This document shows, piece after piece, positions 12,701 to 21,348 of a stretch of DNA of 64,000 bases (its first letter is position 1; every line of letters begins with the position of its first letter). The stretch is from NCBI GenBank assembly GCA_965603825.1, contig CBFDEM010000015.1, positions 1-64,000 of the forward strand, in the 5' to 3' direction. The notes beneath the pieces were generated by a model. The model did no database searches, was not told the origin of the DNA, and worked only from the letters and a program-made list of their open reading frames with translations. The position numbers were made by a program, and so were the translations under genes. The DNA is from Blepharisma stoltei ATCC 30299 (Eukaryota > Protista > Ciliophora).

Positions 12701-15700
12701 GAACTTCACATCAAAATTGAAGCTTACTGGTAGCTGTCCAATATTAGTCATCCTTATCCATTTAGTTTTGTCTTTCCCAAGTACCATATTGCCGAAGTTG
12801 CACTCCCACACAGCTCCAGTTACCTTATCATGGACTTCTGCCAGTGCTGTGCATAAGCTTTTGCCTTCATCAGTCATACTCGTGGTTTTTCTTTTAAGCG
12901 TTTTAGAGTAATATTCATCAATAATTTTTGTCAACTTTTGACACACAAATATCCTGTCTGCTTCAGCTTCCACGTCTATTACAATTTGGTCGAATTTGAC
13001 AGCCTTGCCAGCTTTACTTTCATTTTTCGAGGTCTGGAGGACTGAGTCGAAGCTCATGTTGGTGATGTTCCTTCTGGACTTCACCTGCTCTATTAATTCA
13101 TCGTGAAGAGCATTTTCAGGTCTTGGTAAGTGGAAAAGCAAGGCTGGGTAAATTCCTAAAGCTGAGATCTTGAAAAGCAAAGGCTCAAAGTGAGCGACTT
13201 CTATTTGAAGCAGCTCTTCAACTGTATCTGGGATCCCAGGGGTCACTTTTACAGTTATTTTGGCTTTTTCTCCAGCTGCAACTTTTCCTTGAGATGGCAT
13301 TACTTCAACAACTCCAGGTCTTGTGAGTTTTTCTAGGCTGATTGAGTACTCAAAAGATACCTTTCCAGGGTTTTCAATAAAGAATTCTTGTGGGGAAGAC
13401 TCGTTAAATGGGACATTGCCGAAATCAATAGAGTACCTTGAGAGCTGATACCCAACATTAGAAGACTCTCCCATTAGTGTCAGATAGTACTCAGGCCCGC
13501 CTTCTACAGTGCACATGGCAGTTGCGACATGCTTCTTGCCAAGCTGAGAGTGATATGCAAACTCCACAGTTTCTGACTCTCCTGGCTCTAAGTGTCCCAT
13601 AACAGGAAGAATATCAAAATATTGGTTAACTGAACTTTCTGTGCTTGCATCTGCATTTGGCTCTTCTAAAATAAATTTGTTTTCCTCCATAGGAATTTCT
13701 TCAACGAAGGCCCAGTCATAATTTACAGGTAGAATGCTATCATTTGTCATTTTCATGTATACCTTTTTAGATGTATCATTAAGGATGCAGCCGAAGTCAA
13801 CAGACATTGCTTCAAGTTTTACATTAGGGAAGCAGACTTCTCCAATCAGCTCAATATTGTCCTTTTGTGGGTGGTCTTGGTGGATTATTTGCAACTTCTG
13901 TATAGCCTTTCCAGAGATCCTATCATACTTGTGGCCAGGGTCGAAGTCTACTCTTAAGGACTCAGTTTGGCCTGGCTCAAGGGAAAACCTTTCTTTACTA
14001 ATATTGAAAGGTGGGCTGCATTTTAATAAGAAATTAGCAGGCAGTAGCGAGGCACAAGTGATTTCAAGCATTTTCGAGAGAGGCTCTATTTGGACACCTT
14101 TTTCCCAGACATATCTAAAGTGAAGCACTGGCTCAGAAAACTGCAGAAATGGCTCAATGAATTTCCCTTTAAGCTCGCACTCGTAGATGACCCTGTCTTT
14201 CCTTTCATTCCCAACCAAGGATGTACATATTAACTTTTCACTCAGGTCCCCTGCTGTAGCACTATTTGCAGTAAATTCAAAAGAAATTTGGGTTTTGGGC
14301 TGCAGCAGAATTGAAACAGGGCTTACATTGAAGATATAAGCATCTTTGGCATCTTTTTCTTTCGTCACTGAAACTCCGGTAGTGTTGTTTGCGGTTGTTC
14401 CTCTGTAAGTCTGCTTGTTTTGGTTTTCAACAACAGGCACAAGTACCCCTCTTTGGTTTTCCCTGTTCCATTTCAGCCTCTGGGGTTTTCTGCCCTTATT
14501 CTGTATTGTGTACCTCTTTACATGGTTTCTGCAAGAGAAAACAGTTCCAAAGTCAATAATTTTAATATCATCGTCACAATAAGCAGTGGTTCCTGTGCCT
14601 TTGGCCTTTAGTACGATTTCTACGTCTTCTCCTTCCTTGACTACAATATACAAAATTTCATTAAAAGAAATGCATTCGTCAGCACAGCACATTACTGTCA
14701 AATCCCTGACCTCGCCTGGCTTCAAGTTCCCTTCTTTTTCAACGACAGAAAAAACTGAGCCTTTGTTTTTGGTGAAGGCGTGGTACTCAGCTTCAATATC
14801 AGACTTATTGTGAAGAGTTGCCTGCAAAGGATACTTTTCAAGGACTTTTACCTTCCCGAAGTCCAGCTCTGGGGTTAAAACTTCTACTATAGGCCCTGTG
14901 CAATTAGCTACAAGCGTGATCATGTGAGGCTGCTGGTTATCTCCTAAAACTTTTACATGCATTGGGATCCTTATAAGTCCTGCCTTTTGTGGAAACAGCG
15001 TGATTTTTACAATGGTGCTTGATTTTGGGTCAATGAACCCTTCTTCTCTGTCAGGAGTAAAAGCTGCAATAAGTGTGCTTTGCTCGTCCTGTGGGATCAT
15101 CTCAAATTTGGCTTGCAGTTTGCTTCTGTTCTTTAGCTCAAGCTTGTCTTCATATGGGTGCCTCAAAAAGACGCTCTTAAAATCAATTGTATCTGAAGGA
15201 ATCAGTTCGACTTTTGGCACAAAGCATTCAGCCTTGATAGGGAGTGTGTGCATATCTGGGCCGACCCCTTCAATATCTACTACAAGTACTAAGTCATACT
15301 TTTTAACCGTCATCGGCATAAAGTCAATCTGGATATTATGGATTTCTCTAGGCTTTAAATACCCAGAGTTAGGGATTATGTCGAATTCTTTTTTAAGTGC
15401 GGAAGCGTCCCCTGGAACTCTGATGTGGTAAGTGAAGGCTACTCTTGAAGTGTTCTGGATCCTTATAATATCACTATATGGGAACTGGTAGGAAACTTCA
15501 CCAAAGTTAATTTCATCTTTATCAAATTTAAATGAAGGCGGCATTACGTGTCCTTTAAGTGTTAGTGACAGCTCTTCAGACGACCCTACAAGTTGGATTC
15601 TAAAAGTTTCTGAAAACTCGCCCATCAAGTCACTGCAAAATTTAATTTTCAAGGGTTGCTTTCTGTTGTATTCTGAAGTTCCCAGTGTGCCTTCGTACTG

Positions 15701-17212
15701 TTCAAATTTGAATTTCGACCCAAATGGGGTGTCAGACTGCAGAATTGTGTATTTTGCTTCAATTGCGCCTTGGTTTTCGATAAAAATGTGTGGGATGTCT
15801 TTCATGTCGTTCACAAAGACGTCGCCAATATCGTATTCACTTGTGCTCAGCAAGGCTTCTGGACCAATTCCAATAGCTTCAAGCGTCAGCGGGAGTCTTT
15901 CTTCAGAGCACGTCACATTGCAGTATGCTGTGCAGGTATAATGCAGAGCGCTTTGAGGACAGAACATCACAGTAATTTCCAGCTCCCCATTTGGCCAAAT
16001 TTTTCCTTTTTGAGGCTCAATTTTGAAAATATCGTCTTGAAATAGCATAAGGTCGTCTTCCACTGCTTTCCTAATATTCATATATTTCCTTTCTAAGGTA
16101 GCCAAAGCAATTTGTAGCTTTCTTTCTTTTAGATTTTTGTTTTCTAAGTCGTCATATGAGTCATCGCTATCGAGGCTTTCCACTTCTTCTTCGATTTCTA
16201 AGTTTTCTTCAATCATCATCCTTTCTTCAGCTTCTTCTTGGGACAGTTGCAGGATTAGCTTGGTCTTTTTGTCGTACTCTTCTCTGTCGTTTGCAAAAGC
16301 TCTCCATTCAAACTCGACTGGGACATCACTTTTATTAATGATTTTTAGGGAGTCTTGAGAACTCAGGGTGATGTAGGCTTTTTTTAAGTCAATAAAAGTC
16401 TTGCTGAGGTAGACGTTGGGGTCATTCTGGGCTTCTGCAATTATCTTTACATAGGCTTCTAAGGTGTCATAGGACAAAACCATTTCTTCTTCATAAGCTC
16501 TGCTTTCTTGGGCGAAAAACTTCATGATCACTTGGTCTACTTGCCCCACCTCCAAAAAGCCTTCAGTTTTTTCTGCATTAAAAGGTGGCTGCATTTTCAG
16601 CACCCACTTGCTAGCCTTTTCTCCAACATTTCTAATAACCACCGGCCTTTCTGTTACATGCTTAACTGGGCAAACCCCAAAATTGACGACATCAGGGAAA
16701 GAAATCATCGCCCTTTGTCCTAAGCACCTAATAGGGACGACGAATTTTTCTCTCTCAGTGACGACCACAAGGTCATAGGAATAGTCAACTTTGGCCTCTG
16801 GCGTAAACTGAATAATGAAATCAGTGACCATTCCTGGAGCGACCTTGGTGCCTTTGTTCGACTGAGCGTCAGCCTTGGATCGCACAATGGTAAAAAGCCG
16901 AGAATCGGGAGGGATGAGCTTCACCCTGCGGGAAACCTGGTCTTTATTGCGAAGGTGGAGGATGACTTCTTTGGTATCCAGAGGCTCGTAGTTGGCGAAT
17001 TGAATGACGGTGGGTTCGGGCTGAAATAGAGGCTCCTCGAGAGGGACATTGGTATTTGGATAGTTTGAACAGTCTGCGATGTTCAAGAATTGGATGATTT
17101 CTGGGTTTCTGTGAATGTCTGAGAGGGAGCGCCCTGAAAGCTGGTCCTCAATCAGTTTTGAGGGGGTTTTCTTGATTACTGTGCCGCTTTGAGACACTAC
17201 TGAAGACAACAT
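3749..17212 (-). CDS. HYDIN: HYDIN, central-pair axonemal protein (about 4487 aa)
   Basis: Very large ORF of tandem ASH/Ig-like repeats (FG..., L.N....P..F), N-terminal LFQPEPTVIQFANYEP...LRNKD..SRRVK and a central P-loop-like GRPGKGKS. Start placed at the first ATG (17212) rather than the TTG at 17269. Confidence 0.93.
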   Translation of the reverse strand: MLSSVVSQSGTVIKKTPSKLIEDQLSGRSLSDIHRNPEIIQFLNIADCSNYPNTNVPLEEPLFQPEPTVIQFANYEPLDTKEVILHLRNKDQVSRRVKLIPPDSRLFTIVRSKADAQSNKGTKVAPGMVTDFIIQFTPEAKVDYSYDLVVVTEREKFVVPIRCLGQRAMISFPDVVNFGVCPVKHVTERPVVIRNVGEKASKWVLKMQPPFNAEKTEGFLEVGQVDQVIMKFFAQESRAYEEEMVLSYDTLEAYVKIIAEAQNDPNVYLSKTFIDLKKAYITLSSQDSLKIINKSDVPVEFEWRAFANDREEYDKKTKLILQLSQEEAEERMMIEENLEIEEEVESLDSDDSYDDLENKNLKERKLQIALATLERKYMNIRKAVEDDLMLFQDDIFKIEPQKGKIWPNGELEITVMFCPQSALHYTCTAYCNVTCSEERLPLTLEAIGIGPEALLSTSEYDIGDVFVNDMKDIPHIFIENQGAIEAKYTILQSDTPFGSKFKFEQYEGTLGTSEYNRKQPLKIKFCSDLMGEFSETFRIQLVGSSEELSLTLKGHVMPPSFKFDKDEINFGEVSYQFPYSDIIRIQNTSRVAFTYHIRVPGDASALKKEFDIIPNSGYLKPREIHNIQIDFMPMTVKKYDLVLVVDIEGVGPDMHTLPIKAECFVPKVELIPSDTIDFKSVFLRHPYEDKLELKNRSKLQAKFEMIPQDEQSTLIAAFTPDREEGFIDPKSSTIVKITLFPQKAGLIRIPMHVKVLGDNQQPHMITLVANCTGPIVEVLTPELDFGKVKVLEKYPLQATLHNKSDIEAEYHAFTKNKGSVFSVVEKEGNLKPGEVRDLTVMCCADECISFNEILYIVVKEGEDVEIVLKAKGTGTTAYCDDDIKIIDFGTVFSCRNHVKRYTIQNKGRKPQRLKWNRENQRGVLVPVVENQNKQTYRGTTANNTTGVSVTKEKDAKDAYIFNVSPVSILLQPKTQISFEFTANSATAGDLSEKLICTSLVGNERKDRVIYECELKGKFIEPFLQFSEPVLHFRYVWEKGVQIEPLSKMLEITCASLLPANFLLKCSPPFNISKERFSLEPGQTESLRVDFDPGHKYDRISGKAIQKLQIIHQDHPQKDNIELIGEVCFPNVKLEAMSVDFGCILNDTSKKVYMKMTNDSILPVNYDWAFVEEIPMEENKFILEEPNADASTESSVNQYFDILPVMGHLEPGESETVEFAYHSQLGKKHVATAMCTVEGGPEYYLTLMGESSNVGYQLSRYSIDFGNVPFNESSPQEFFIENPGKVSFEYSISLEKLTRPGVVEVMPSQGKVAAGEKAKITVKVTPGIPDTVEELLQIEVAHFEPLLFKISALGIYPALLFHLPRPENALHDELIEQVKSRRNITNMSFDSVLQTSKNESKAGKAVKFDQIVIDVEAEADRIFVCQKLTKIIDEYYSKTLKRKTTSMTDEGKSLCTALAEVHDKVTGAVWECNFGNMVLGKDKTKWIRMTNIGQLPVSFNFDVKFLKFNGLAIEPAKVNRLEAGESVNFKITFQSNKKTMQFGPIKTVTTLQLKNGLSYQLCFKANLTIPDFNMSSDSIDFGRVIIGTLSIAKIRFENIREVPCEWAYAPKHPSAAAGSPPDWERFQINPPSGMLQPNQKCTIDVTFTPTQEKAINQKLEFKISNNQVNKILTLKGNGVAQTLEFIPNKVVLGPVLTYSKDAWSLVEMKNPTDYPIEVFSLDFDGQYKDEEEIMRNFEGFEQGTEEMTSSLTVASEVGPRKDAKPLYLVPRKPGMPVWRDMALSYERKQKKLQQAQKDKEMEEKLKSEKDEDKKLAEDYFKKRSEEAEETKIEEKFPGYIPEKDRHNVIVWGRPGKGKSFLAQHLAQKHGRVLISPNSIIEWHLMQGGSLAEEIQKFLDEMKLKKEKDIADREKARKGRRKVEEVPFDEKIYNHLPLEMLEKLVDERLKYGDCNAGVVIDDLKCDYYPNALFGAHLFAKAFREQNIQLIIIDTDSEHRVEPQSIVIEDPETDVFHFREPDPKETELFNKEKEEVRAAFHGYMVAKDTEENPEEPGRIGNIFVNEIGASQSKARVLATAFEIVPFPVFPDPESLPLPPPQILQIVYKPRQRHKRAVVNGFSIYTPINQTLLPQEVKEGEESAVKLDVRDENLDKSKARWIVDAHCSTYLLIKFFSKEVGNYENTLQFEIMGGSKHFNLPCSCSCQFPVINSDPRNVFLKRKKSRPIAIPDCYISKCYIMSESRFDFGPLLIGKNPDRKDEEGIKKTNCESFRITNNGLYQVKVDYALASSIGDTKSVFVFDPESMTLECDETKDLNVWAFPGAIGEFTDSLVALIQGNPTPVIFPLVCQGEKPTAEVDPELISFERILLTQNITKSLTVKNICKISLKWSLAGIDALPAEFKVDKKEGILKPQETATVSITFTAIKQQKFQQKVTLEVTDVEKIGVKQDPKPISIEAEAFDVKAKVDFGAGSNIINFGDVRVFEEAQRGFNLVNEGIYEIKYNFIMKKKQTREMFACSPTEGSILPNQTQPFVVKFKTDKEKKIEPAKEESGIKLAILEGGSGQKYEEFPINVACNAVFSKYSIHPLRNINFGPLRYGENRSRTFEVKNEGIFDFEFSITELIDERQRAQERAARKSTPKEEVKGKGKEEAKKKQAEKKPAKGKEVVISADIGPFNISPSQGTVPRNSSVLINVTFNADGSRLYEKTLAINISNRDPTDNPQGIPYVLAGESCIPGVNTWDFDAIFEEQTVVQSLELAKGANPGTLMPSKIFSIEENVFLYGTYTSAKTHEGIIEKFKIMNAAKVPANITFSVKPRTTSKSEGFAFEVVPLKVHIPPHSHEYVKVTFKPTDMLSYGGIFEGVVEFGEPNPKTHKLTFELRGEGTLPTVTQINPLLAEDGKSLVKFAKTRVGKTSKALINLMNGGVIPATVKVEMEYHKNFKFQDTMSATLQPKTSMSFEVFYTPDVVQKATHELRITTLSNPYESQLYSLIGEGYQEDVMFTHLPDDKEDECNFGDCIVGQEKYLTFHLHNFTDKIIKFEWPERPHFFFSPSVGHLAPKSSKKITLTFKADETQEYKNLDLICQTIQINQASAHFEDWDNSMFDTRMVTQKQYEKIMKRKEEEEKRKKEEYEASLKKGAKKAAPAAKKKEEKKAEVVEEEVDDGEANIEINEVRKEPTFTEIDKTQKQVPLKVSAVADYIRYNCEFQEIRFASTLMFASRSYKLPLKNIAKIAMPYRFKICSSTTGKLDAGPYSVSPREGVIAPGCVEFINIKFSPSEVESINERLLICSLNNLAPELKPLVIELRGKSIRPICHFELPPSTYREKKAQDMAPVDSSYQILDFESMGTKVKNTKRFYVVNPTSQGYEFVWEPEEVEGSEFSLKQFSCVTPKGVILSGKKFEMAFEYTPETVGTHESYWKFRIPGEKITQKFLIVGTVLEPHVSLEKGMIDFNQLLIGGKAKETIQLINEEIIPFIFSFDRDSIKGEESYGDSLVVSPISGEIPPQGSIPIEITFRPKRETRFNYNLVCNVKRKARQLVLNVKGVGYVISHSVHYENSRALLVDEPCEVNFGDIFINECQSRSVKITNSGKFNFDFSWKMPNSSRYVAISPEQGTVKSGESVSIYLKYSPLTEHKLSKAKFQLSIVSGPIYSFICKGSARKPGVQFSFIEKDFGPCFVLRTLLTKTANLEIVNYDNTAISVETNFERLPHIDVQLAPGQVLLPTSPTDPELEKKKLIVPILFTPRDHVVYQETIEFDINNIHKIQVKVKGEGCPVKLELGSRDQEIVDFGVSRAGVEKTKTVQLLNKSKRSVNFSLIDGSGLDTLKKHSVTYTPDKEVILKPKQTLPIEIGFKPKERLHPFTDDLLVKFDNGETRKLLTISGACHGIELKLMEEVVSFGVVIQGSHQSKAIQLLNIGDIPCHFQWDSSKYSEHFTISPDQGIIQANAELYFDITFHPAFISPDIRINKIPCNIQGSDPIFLTLHGSCIPPTPESTKDLRFEAIVRESQIQKVQVKNPTAAKWRIQPSISTNSDFTKKYWTCASALEINPNSIADFEVSYKPITMTTPELLHQATLFFPLPDGTALLFNLIGASKPPRPVDTVIQEIKAKVAKILILPVKNWLEVVQRFEVKWDIEGEADPAVLIRGASTFDVPAYSTKEYKLNFLTYKTGVTKFKITFTNPANKEYIFFNIEMRALQQEQQGVVELVSPVREVTQKVIMIANPLETPIEITRAMIVCDNEYVSIEPEWLEIPPKSESGIEVIYRPLIVAELQSKLSVKSAQLGEFNYVLQLKGIPNTTHRNLHFATSLGTELVQAFRFQHFLKKQVQYQIKLEKINGTGPADFLVDKPVIDAPICSNWDGIEISLPVRYEPSTLGESRAMMTVVHPEGGEYTCLLFGHSSSPMPQGPFKCIPAKGTGIDFRNPFYEPMEYTIRIDNPAFTISTKSPVRLDSKKSISIQVVYKPQEGKPPTGRMIITAGDLPPWIYYLSGE

Positions 17213-17568
17213 ATTTAAATAACTGTTAATTAGCCCATATTGGGAGCATATTCTGGACTTGACCTCCAAATATGCTGAAAGTGGAATTTATAGATACTCT
17301 ACTTTAAATAATGATTTTTATATTATAGCGAAGGTTAATAATTAGGTATTCCTACATGCTTAACTAGTAATAAGTCAATATTTTTAAGATTTCGCATATT
17401 TTTGTAACTGGAAATTGAAAATTCATGAATTCTGATTCGCCATTTGGCTTTATATTAGTAAACCTTATATTATCTCTATAAAGATAAAAATTCCTTTCTT
17501 ATTCTTAATTTCTATTAAATTATTTATATCTGAAATATCTTATTTAGGCTTAATTTAGATTTTTTGAT

Positions 17569-18495
17569 ATGGCTTTACCAGTTTTCAAGTCAAGATTAGA
17601 AATTATCAATGCAATCAGGACATCTTACCAGCAGACATCTTTGACACTGCGTGCGATGTATGATTCTCGTATCGATGCAATAGTCACAGACAATCTTTTC
17701 ATTCGGATTCCCATTATTGATCAAATTAATGAAGGCTGGGGAGTCTTTGATACTGCAAATGTGTATCAAGGCAATGTTTATCAGCTTGAAAAGCACTTAG
17801 AAAGAATAATGTTTTCAGCAGCAGGTGCAAAAATCCCTGTTCCTCTCACTCTTGGACAAATGAAAGAAAAAGTGCTGCAGTTAATATCTCTATTTGACTG
17901 CAATAATTTAAGGGTTAGAGTATTTCTCTCCAAAGGCTTAGTTGGTGAGTCTTCAGAAGCTCAAGGGATATTTTATGCCTTATTATATACAGACCCAAAT
18001 CAAGTCAAGCCAGAGACAGTAAAGGAGAGAAGTGTATCAATTCCTTTAAAGCCGAGAGAATTAGCAGTGATAAAGACCAATAACTACTTATGCAACACAC
18101 TTTGCTCTTTGGAAGCTAAAGAGAAAGGAGGATATATGGGAGTTATGCTTGACGAAAATGGGTACCTAGCTGAATCTGCAATGGCCAATGTTGCTGTTAT
18201 TCTGCCTGGAGGGCATTTCAGGACTCCTTTCCCTGATAAAATTCTTGAAGGAACAACAATTAAGCGAGTCCTTCTTTTTTGTGAAGAACTTGTGAAAAAT
18301 GGTGAGCTTCAAAGTGCATCCAGAGGAAATATATCATTAGAAGAAGCAAAGCATAGTGAAGAAATGCTAATTGTTGGAGGCGATAATATTGTTGGGATAA
18401 CTGAATTTGACGGAGAGCCTATTGGAAGTGGAGCTATGGGAATAATTACAAGAAAAATTAAAAATTTCCTTCAGCAAGATCATGTAAGTATTTAG
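17569..18495 (+). CDS. PLP-dependent class IV aminotransferase (D-amino-acid transaminase/ADC lyase-like)
   Basis: Motifs GVFDT, HLERIMFSA, catalytic Lys in IKTNNY, GYLAES..ANV and ILEGTT. The N-terminal AMYDS..DAIVTD resembles the plant DAAT/ADCL type. Confidence 0.85.
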   Translation: MALPVFKSRLEIINAIRTSYQQTSLTLRAMYDSRIDAIVTDNLFIRIPIIDQINEGWGVFDTANVYQGNVYQLEKHLERIMFSAAGAKIPVPLTLGQMKEKVLQLISLFDCNNLRVRVFLSKGLVGESSEAQGIFYALLYTDPNQVKPETVKERSVSIPLKPRELAVIKTNNYLCNTLCSLEAKEKGGYMGVMLDENGYLAESAMANVAVILPGGHFRTPFPDKILEGTTIKRVLLFCEELVKNGELQSASRGNISLEEAKHSEEMLIVGGDNIVGITEFDGEPIGSGAMGIITRKIKNFLQQDHVSI

Positions 18496-18681
18496 CATTT
18501 CGTTTTCAAGTAAGCTAAAGTTATATAACTTTTAATTCAAAATTTATAGATGATTTTAACAAAATATTCTATAATTTAGCATTGCGACAGATAATAGAAG
18601 TAATTAAATAAATTTTATGTAGTTTCAGATTGTAATATTTCAAATTCAATTGTAAGGTTAATTAAATTATGAGAAAAAATC

Positions 18682-19648
18682 ATGAGGAAAAATGGGTTTC
18701 GACGCCCTATCAACCCTTATCAAGTATCTAGCTGAGTCTTCACATTTCTCTTCACAGCAATCTTTTATATATTGATGCTCCCTGCGTTCCAAGTAGATCA
18801 GGCAGTTCTTATCGGCGCTGCTTTTAGCATGTTTTTAACCTTATTTTTAATGCTAGGATTTTTATGTACATATTCTGACCCAACAGATCCTGCAGTCATC
18901 CAAGGCTTACAAGCAAGAATAAAATCGTATAGTTCTATTCAGGATTTCAGTCGATGCTAAAAAGTATCCAAAAATTTGTAAACTGTGCAGGACCCATGTA
19001 AGTGCTGGCAGCAAACATTGCAGATTTTGCAATCGCTGTGTAAATGGATTTGACCACCATTGCAAGTGGCTGAATAATTGTATAGGCAAAAAAAATTACT
19101 CAACTTTCGCAAAACTTATCAGTGTCCTTGAAATCATTTTAATAATGATTGTCGGCACAGGCAGCGGTATATTAGCTGGAGTACTCGAAGATAAAGATAT
19201 CAAGCAGAATTTGATTCAAAATTTTAATTTCAGTGAGCTACTAATCAAGATCTACATTGCAATTATTTGTATTACTGTAATTATATGCGGGATTATTACT
19301 ATAGCTAACGCCCAGCTCATCTTACTGCACATTTGGCTCAACTATAAGGGGATGTCTACTTACGAGTATATATTAAAAAAGAGGAAAGCCAAAGCAAGCG
19401 TCTCAAGCGAAAACGCAGTCAAAGGATACTCACTAAATGAGATGTACGAGCCTTATGAAGAAAACCCTGAGTATTCAAAAGACCAAACAATGGTAGAAAA
19501 TAGCCAGGCACATCACAAACAAAACCTCTCGTTTGACTCTCAGTCTGAAGCAAATTTTGAAGAAAGTATGAAATTTGAGAAGAAATGTTTAACAGAAGCT
19601 AAAAATTCACTTGAGCACCATAGCGCGAACAGACTTGCTTCAGCGTAA
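18682..19648 (+). CDS. DHHC palmitoyltransferase, ZDHHC1/11-like (one TGA=Trp, one 16-nt intron)
   Basis: ATG at 18682 gives MRKNGFRRPINPYQVSS(W=TGA 18733)VF. Removing intron 18927-18942 joins it to CKLCRTHVSAGSKHCRFCNRCVNGFDHHCKWLNNCIG and onward to TAA at 19648. Confidence 0.9.
18927..18942 (+). other. 16-nt spliceosomal intron GTATAGTTCTATTCAG
   Basis: GT-AG ends and A at -6. Removal restores the frame between the TM region and the DHHC domain. Confidence 0.88.
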
Positions 19649-19659
19649 TAAATGTGTCA

Positions 19660-20610
19660 TTAATCACTGTCACTCCAATCTGAGCTCTCTTCTTCTAAGT
19701 CGTACTTTGTGAGTTCTGCCCTTCTTTCAGCGATTTTTGCAGCTAGGTAGTTAGTGAACACAACTTCGTCTTCGCTTCTTTCAGGCATTTCTTTCTGCAG
19801 GGTAGCTTTTCTGGCGTTTGACATATGCCTGATCAGCTCCATCTGTGCTTCATACAAAGTCTGCTTTCTTATGATTTCTTCAAACTGCTTGTCTTCTTCA
19901 TCAGGGATTATTTTGATTTCTGGCTGAGGCTCTTTGGATAATGATAAAGTCCTTGTGGCACTTCGAGATCTCACGATTTCTTCCATGATCACTGCAGCTG
20001 TTCTACTATCTCTAAGCTCACTTTTCCTGATTCCTGCATTTTTAAAGATTCTTTTTAGATCTTGAGACAGTTGATCCAGATTGAAGCATTTATTGGTTGA
20101 GTCTCATATAACTCTACCCATTAGTTGGACTGCATAGGGCTGGCTGATTTCGAAGTTTTCTTCTTCATTTTGCTGCTTTTTGGATTTTTTTGTGTTTTTT
20201 GATTTTGAGTCCTCAAACTTTTGGTTTTCAGGCTTGGGAGAAAAGGACCGGATTTTTTGTTTAAAACTTTCTGCTTCGTTTGGACTGCAAAAATAAATTC
20301 CTATCTGGCCGCCGGGTATAGGAAAGCAGAAAAATGACTGAGAAAGCTGGTCATAGAAGTTAAAAAAATCGTAATAAAGCTCTGTCTCAAAAATGAGGTC
20401 AAATGTGTTCAGATCATACATTCTCATTAATGTCGTCTGTAAAATTCTGTCGATTATCAAACAAATAGCCCCGTAAAGCCCCGAATCTCTTCATGACTGG
20501 TTTTTTCCATCATTTGCGTAGAGTTTTGCGCTGGCGGTTGCTATTAATGTGCACGTGCCTGCTATTTTTTCATTTAATTCTTTTATGATTTCTTCAGAAA
20601 TTGTTGACAT
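19660..20610 (-). CDS. WASP-like protein (WH1, GBD/CRIB-like, C-terminal CA), 316 aa, two TGA=Trp
   Basis: LIATASAKLY...QS(W=TGA 20491)RDSGLYGAICL...MRMYDL...FETELY matches WH1. ISQP...RVI(W=TGA 20104)DSTNKCFNLDQLSQDLKRIFKNAGI matches the WASP GBD. It ends LAAKIAERRAEL...EEESSDWSDSD, a central plus acidic-Trp motif. Confidence 0.8.
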
Positions 20611-21336
20611 TTTAATGAAATTAATTATTGGGATATGCAGCTGATATTATAATAGAAGTTTTTAATTGCAACTACTCTTATTTTCATCTTTCTTACTCCA
20701 TTATAAAGTTGATATTTTAATATTATCTAAGTGGCAATAGTTTATCAAGTATAAGATGCAATATTAATTATAGTTTGAATATTGAAATGACTAATTATTG
20801 ATATTTTCTAGTGATGACAATAACGTCTAATTGACTTAATTGAAAATATAATTTTTTAATATTTAATTATATATTGATGCTAATCAATTAGCAGCTAAAT
20901 TGTAGCACAGATAACAGCTTTTGAATTAATATATCGTCAATTTTATTTTTGAATTTCATATAAAAGTAATTTTATGAGTTATCATCTTATTGATTCTTTA
21001 TTTTTTTATCATGATTCTTTAAACTTCTAACTTATTTTATATTTTCTTTACTCTGACTCAATATCTTATGCATAAGTAAGAAGCAACTATCAGTTTTCTC
21101 TAAAATTAAGAAATAAATCTATGTCTATTAGCTAGTAACCTATATTAAATGAAAAAATCTTAATGTAGCGATATGCAATTTTTGTTTAAAAAAGCAATTT
21201 TCGATTTCATTTTATTAAAATTAAGCAATTATTCCTATTAAACCATTCCATCTTTTTTGAATTTGAAAGTTTCTTAAGGAGAAGGCGAAACCAGACGCAA
21301 CTCGTGATTTGGTGGCAAAGCCATATTAATAAATAA

Positions 21337-21348
21337 TTTAGCGGGAAA
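21337..21348 (+). promoter_or_regulatory. Candidate E2F site TTTAGCGGGAAA abutting the MCM3 start codon
   Basis: GCGGGAAA (reverse complement TTTCCCGC) in otherwise AT-rich flank. MCM genes are E2F targets in animals and plants. Confidence 0.35.

Noticed and set aside
17213-17269. TTG-initiated N-terminal extension of HYDIN
   Set aside because: Eukaryotic gene; the first ATG at 17212 follows an AT-rich leader like other genes here.
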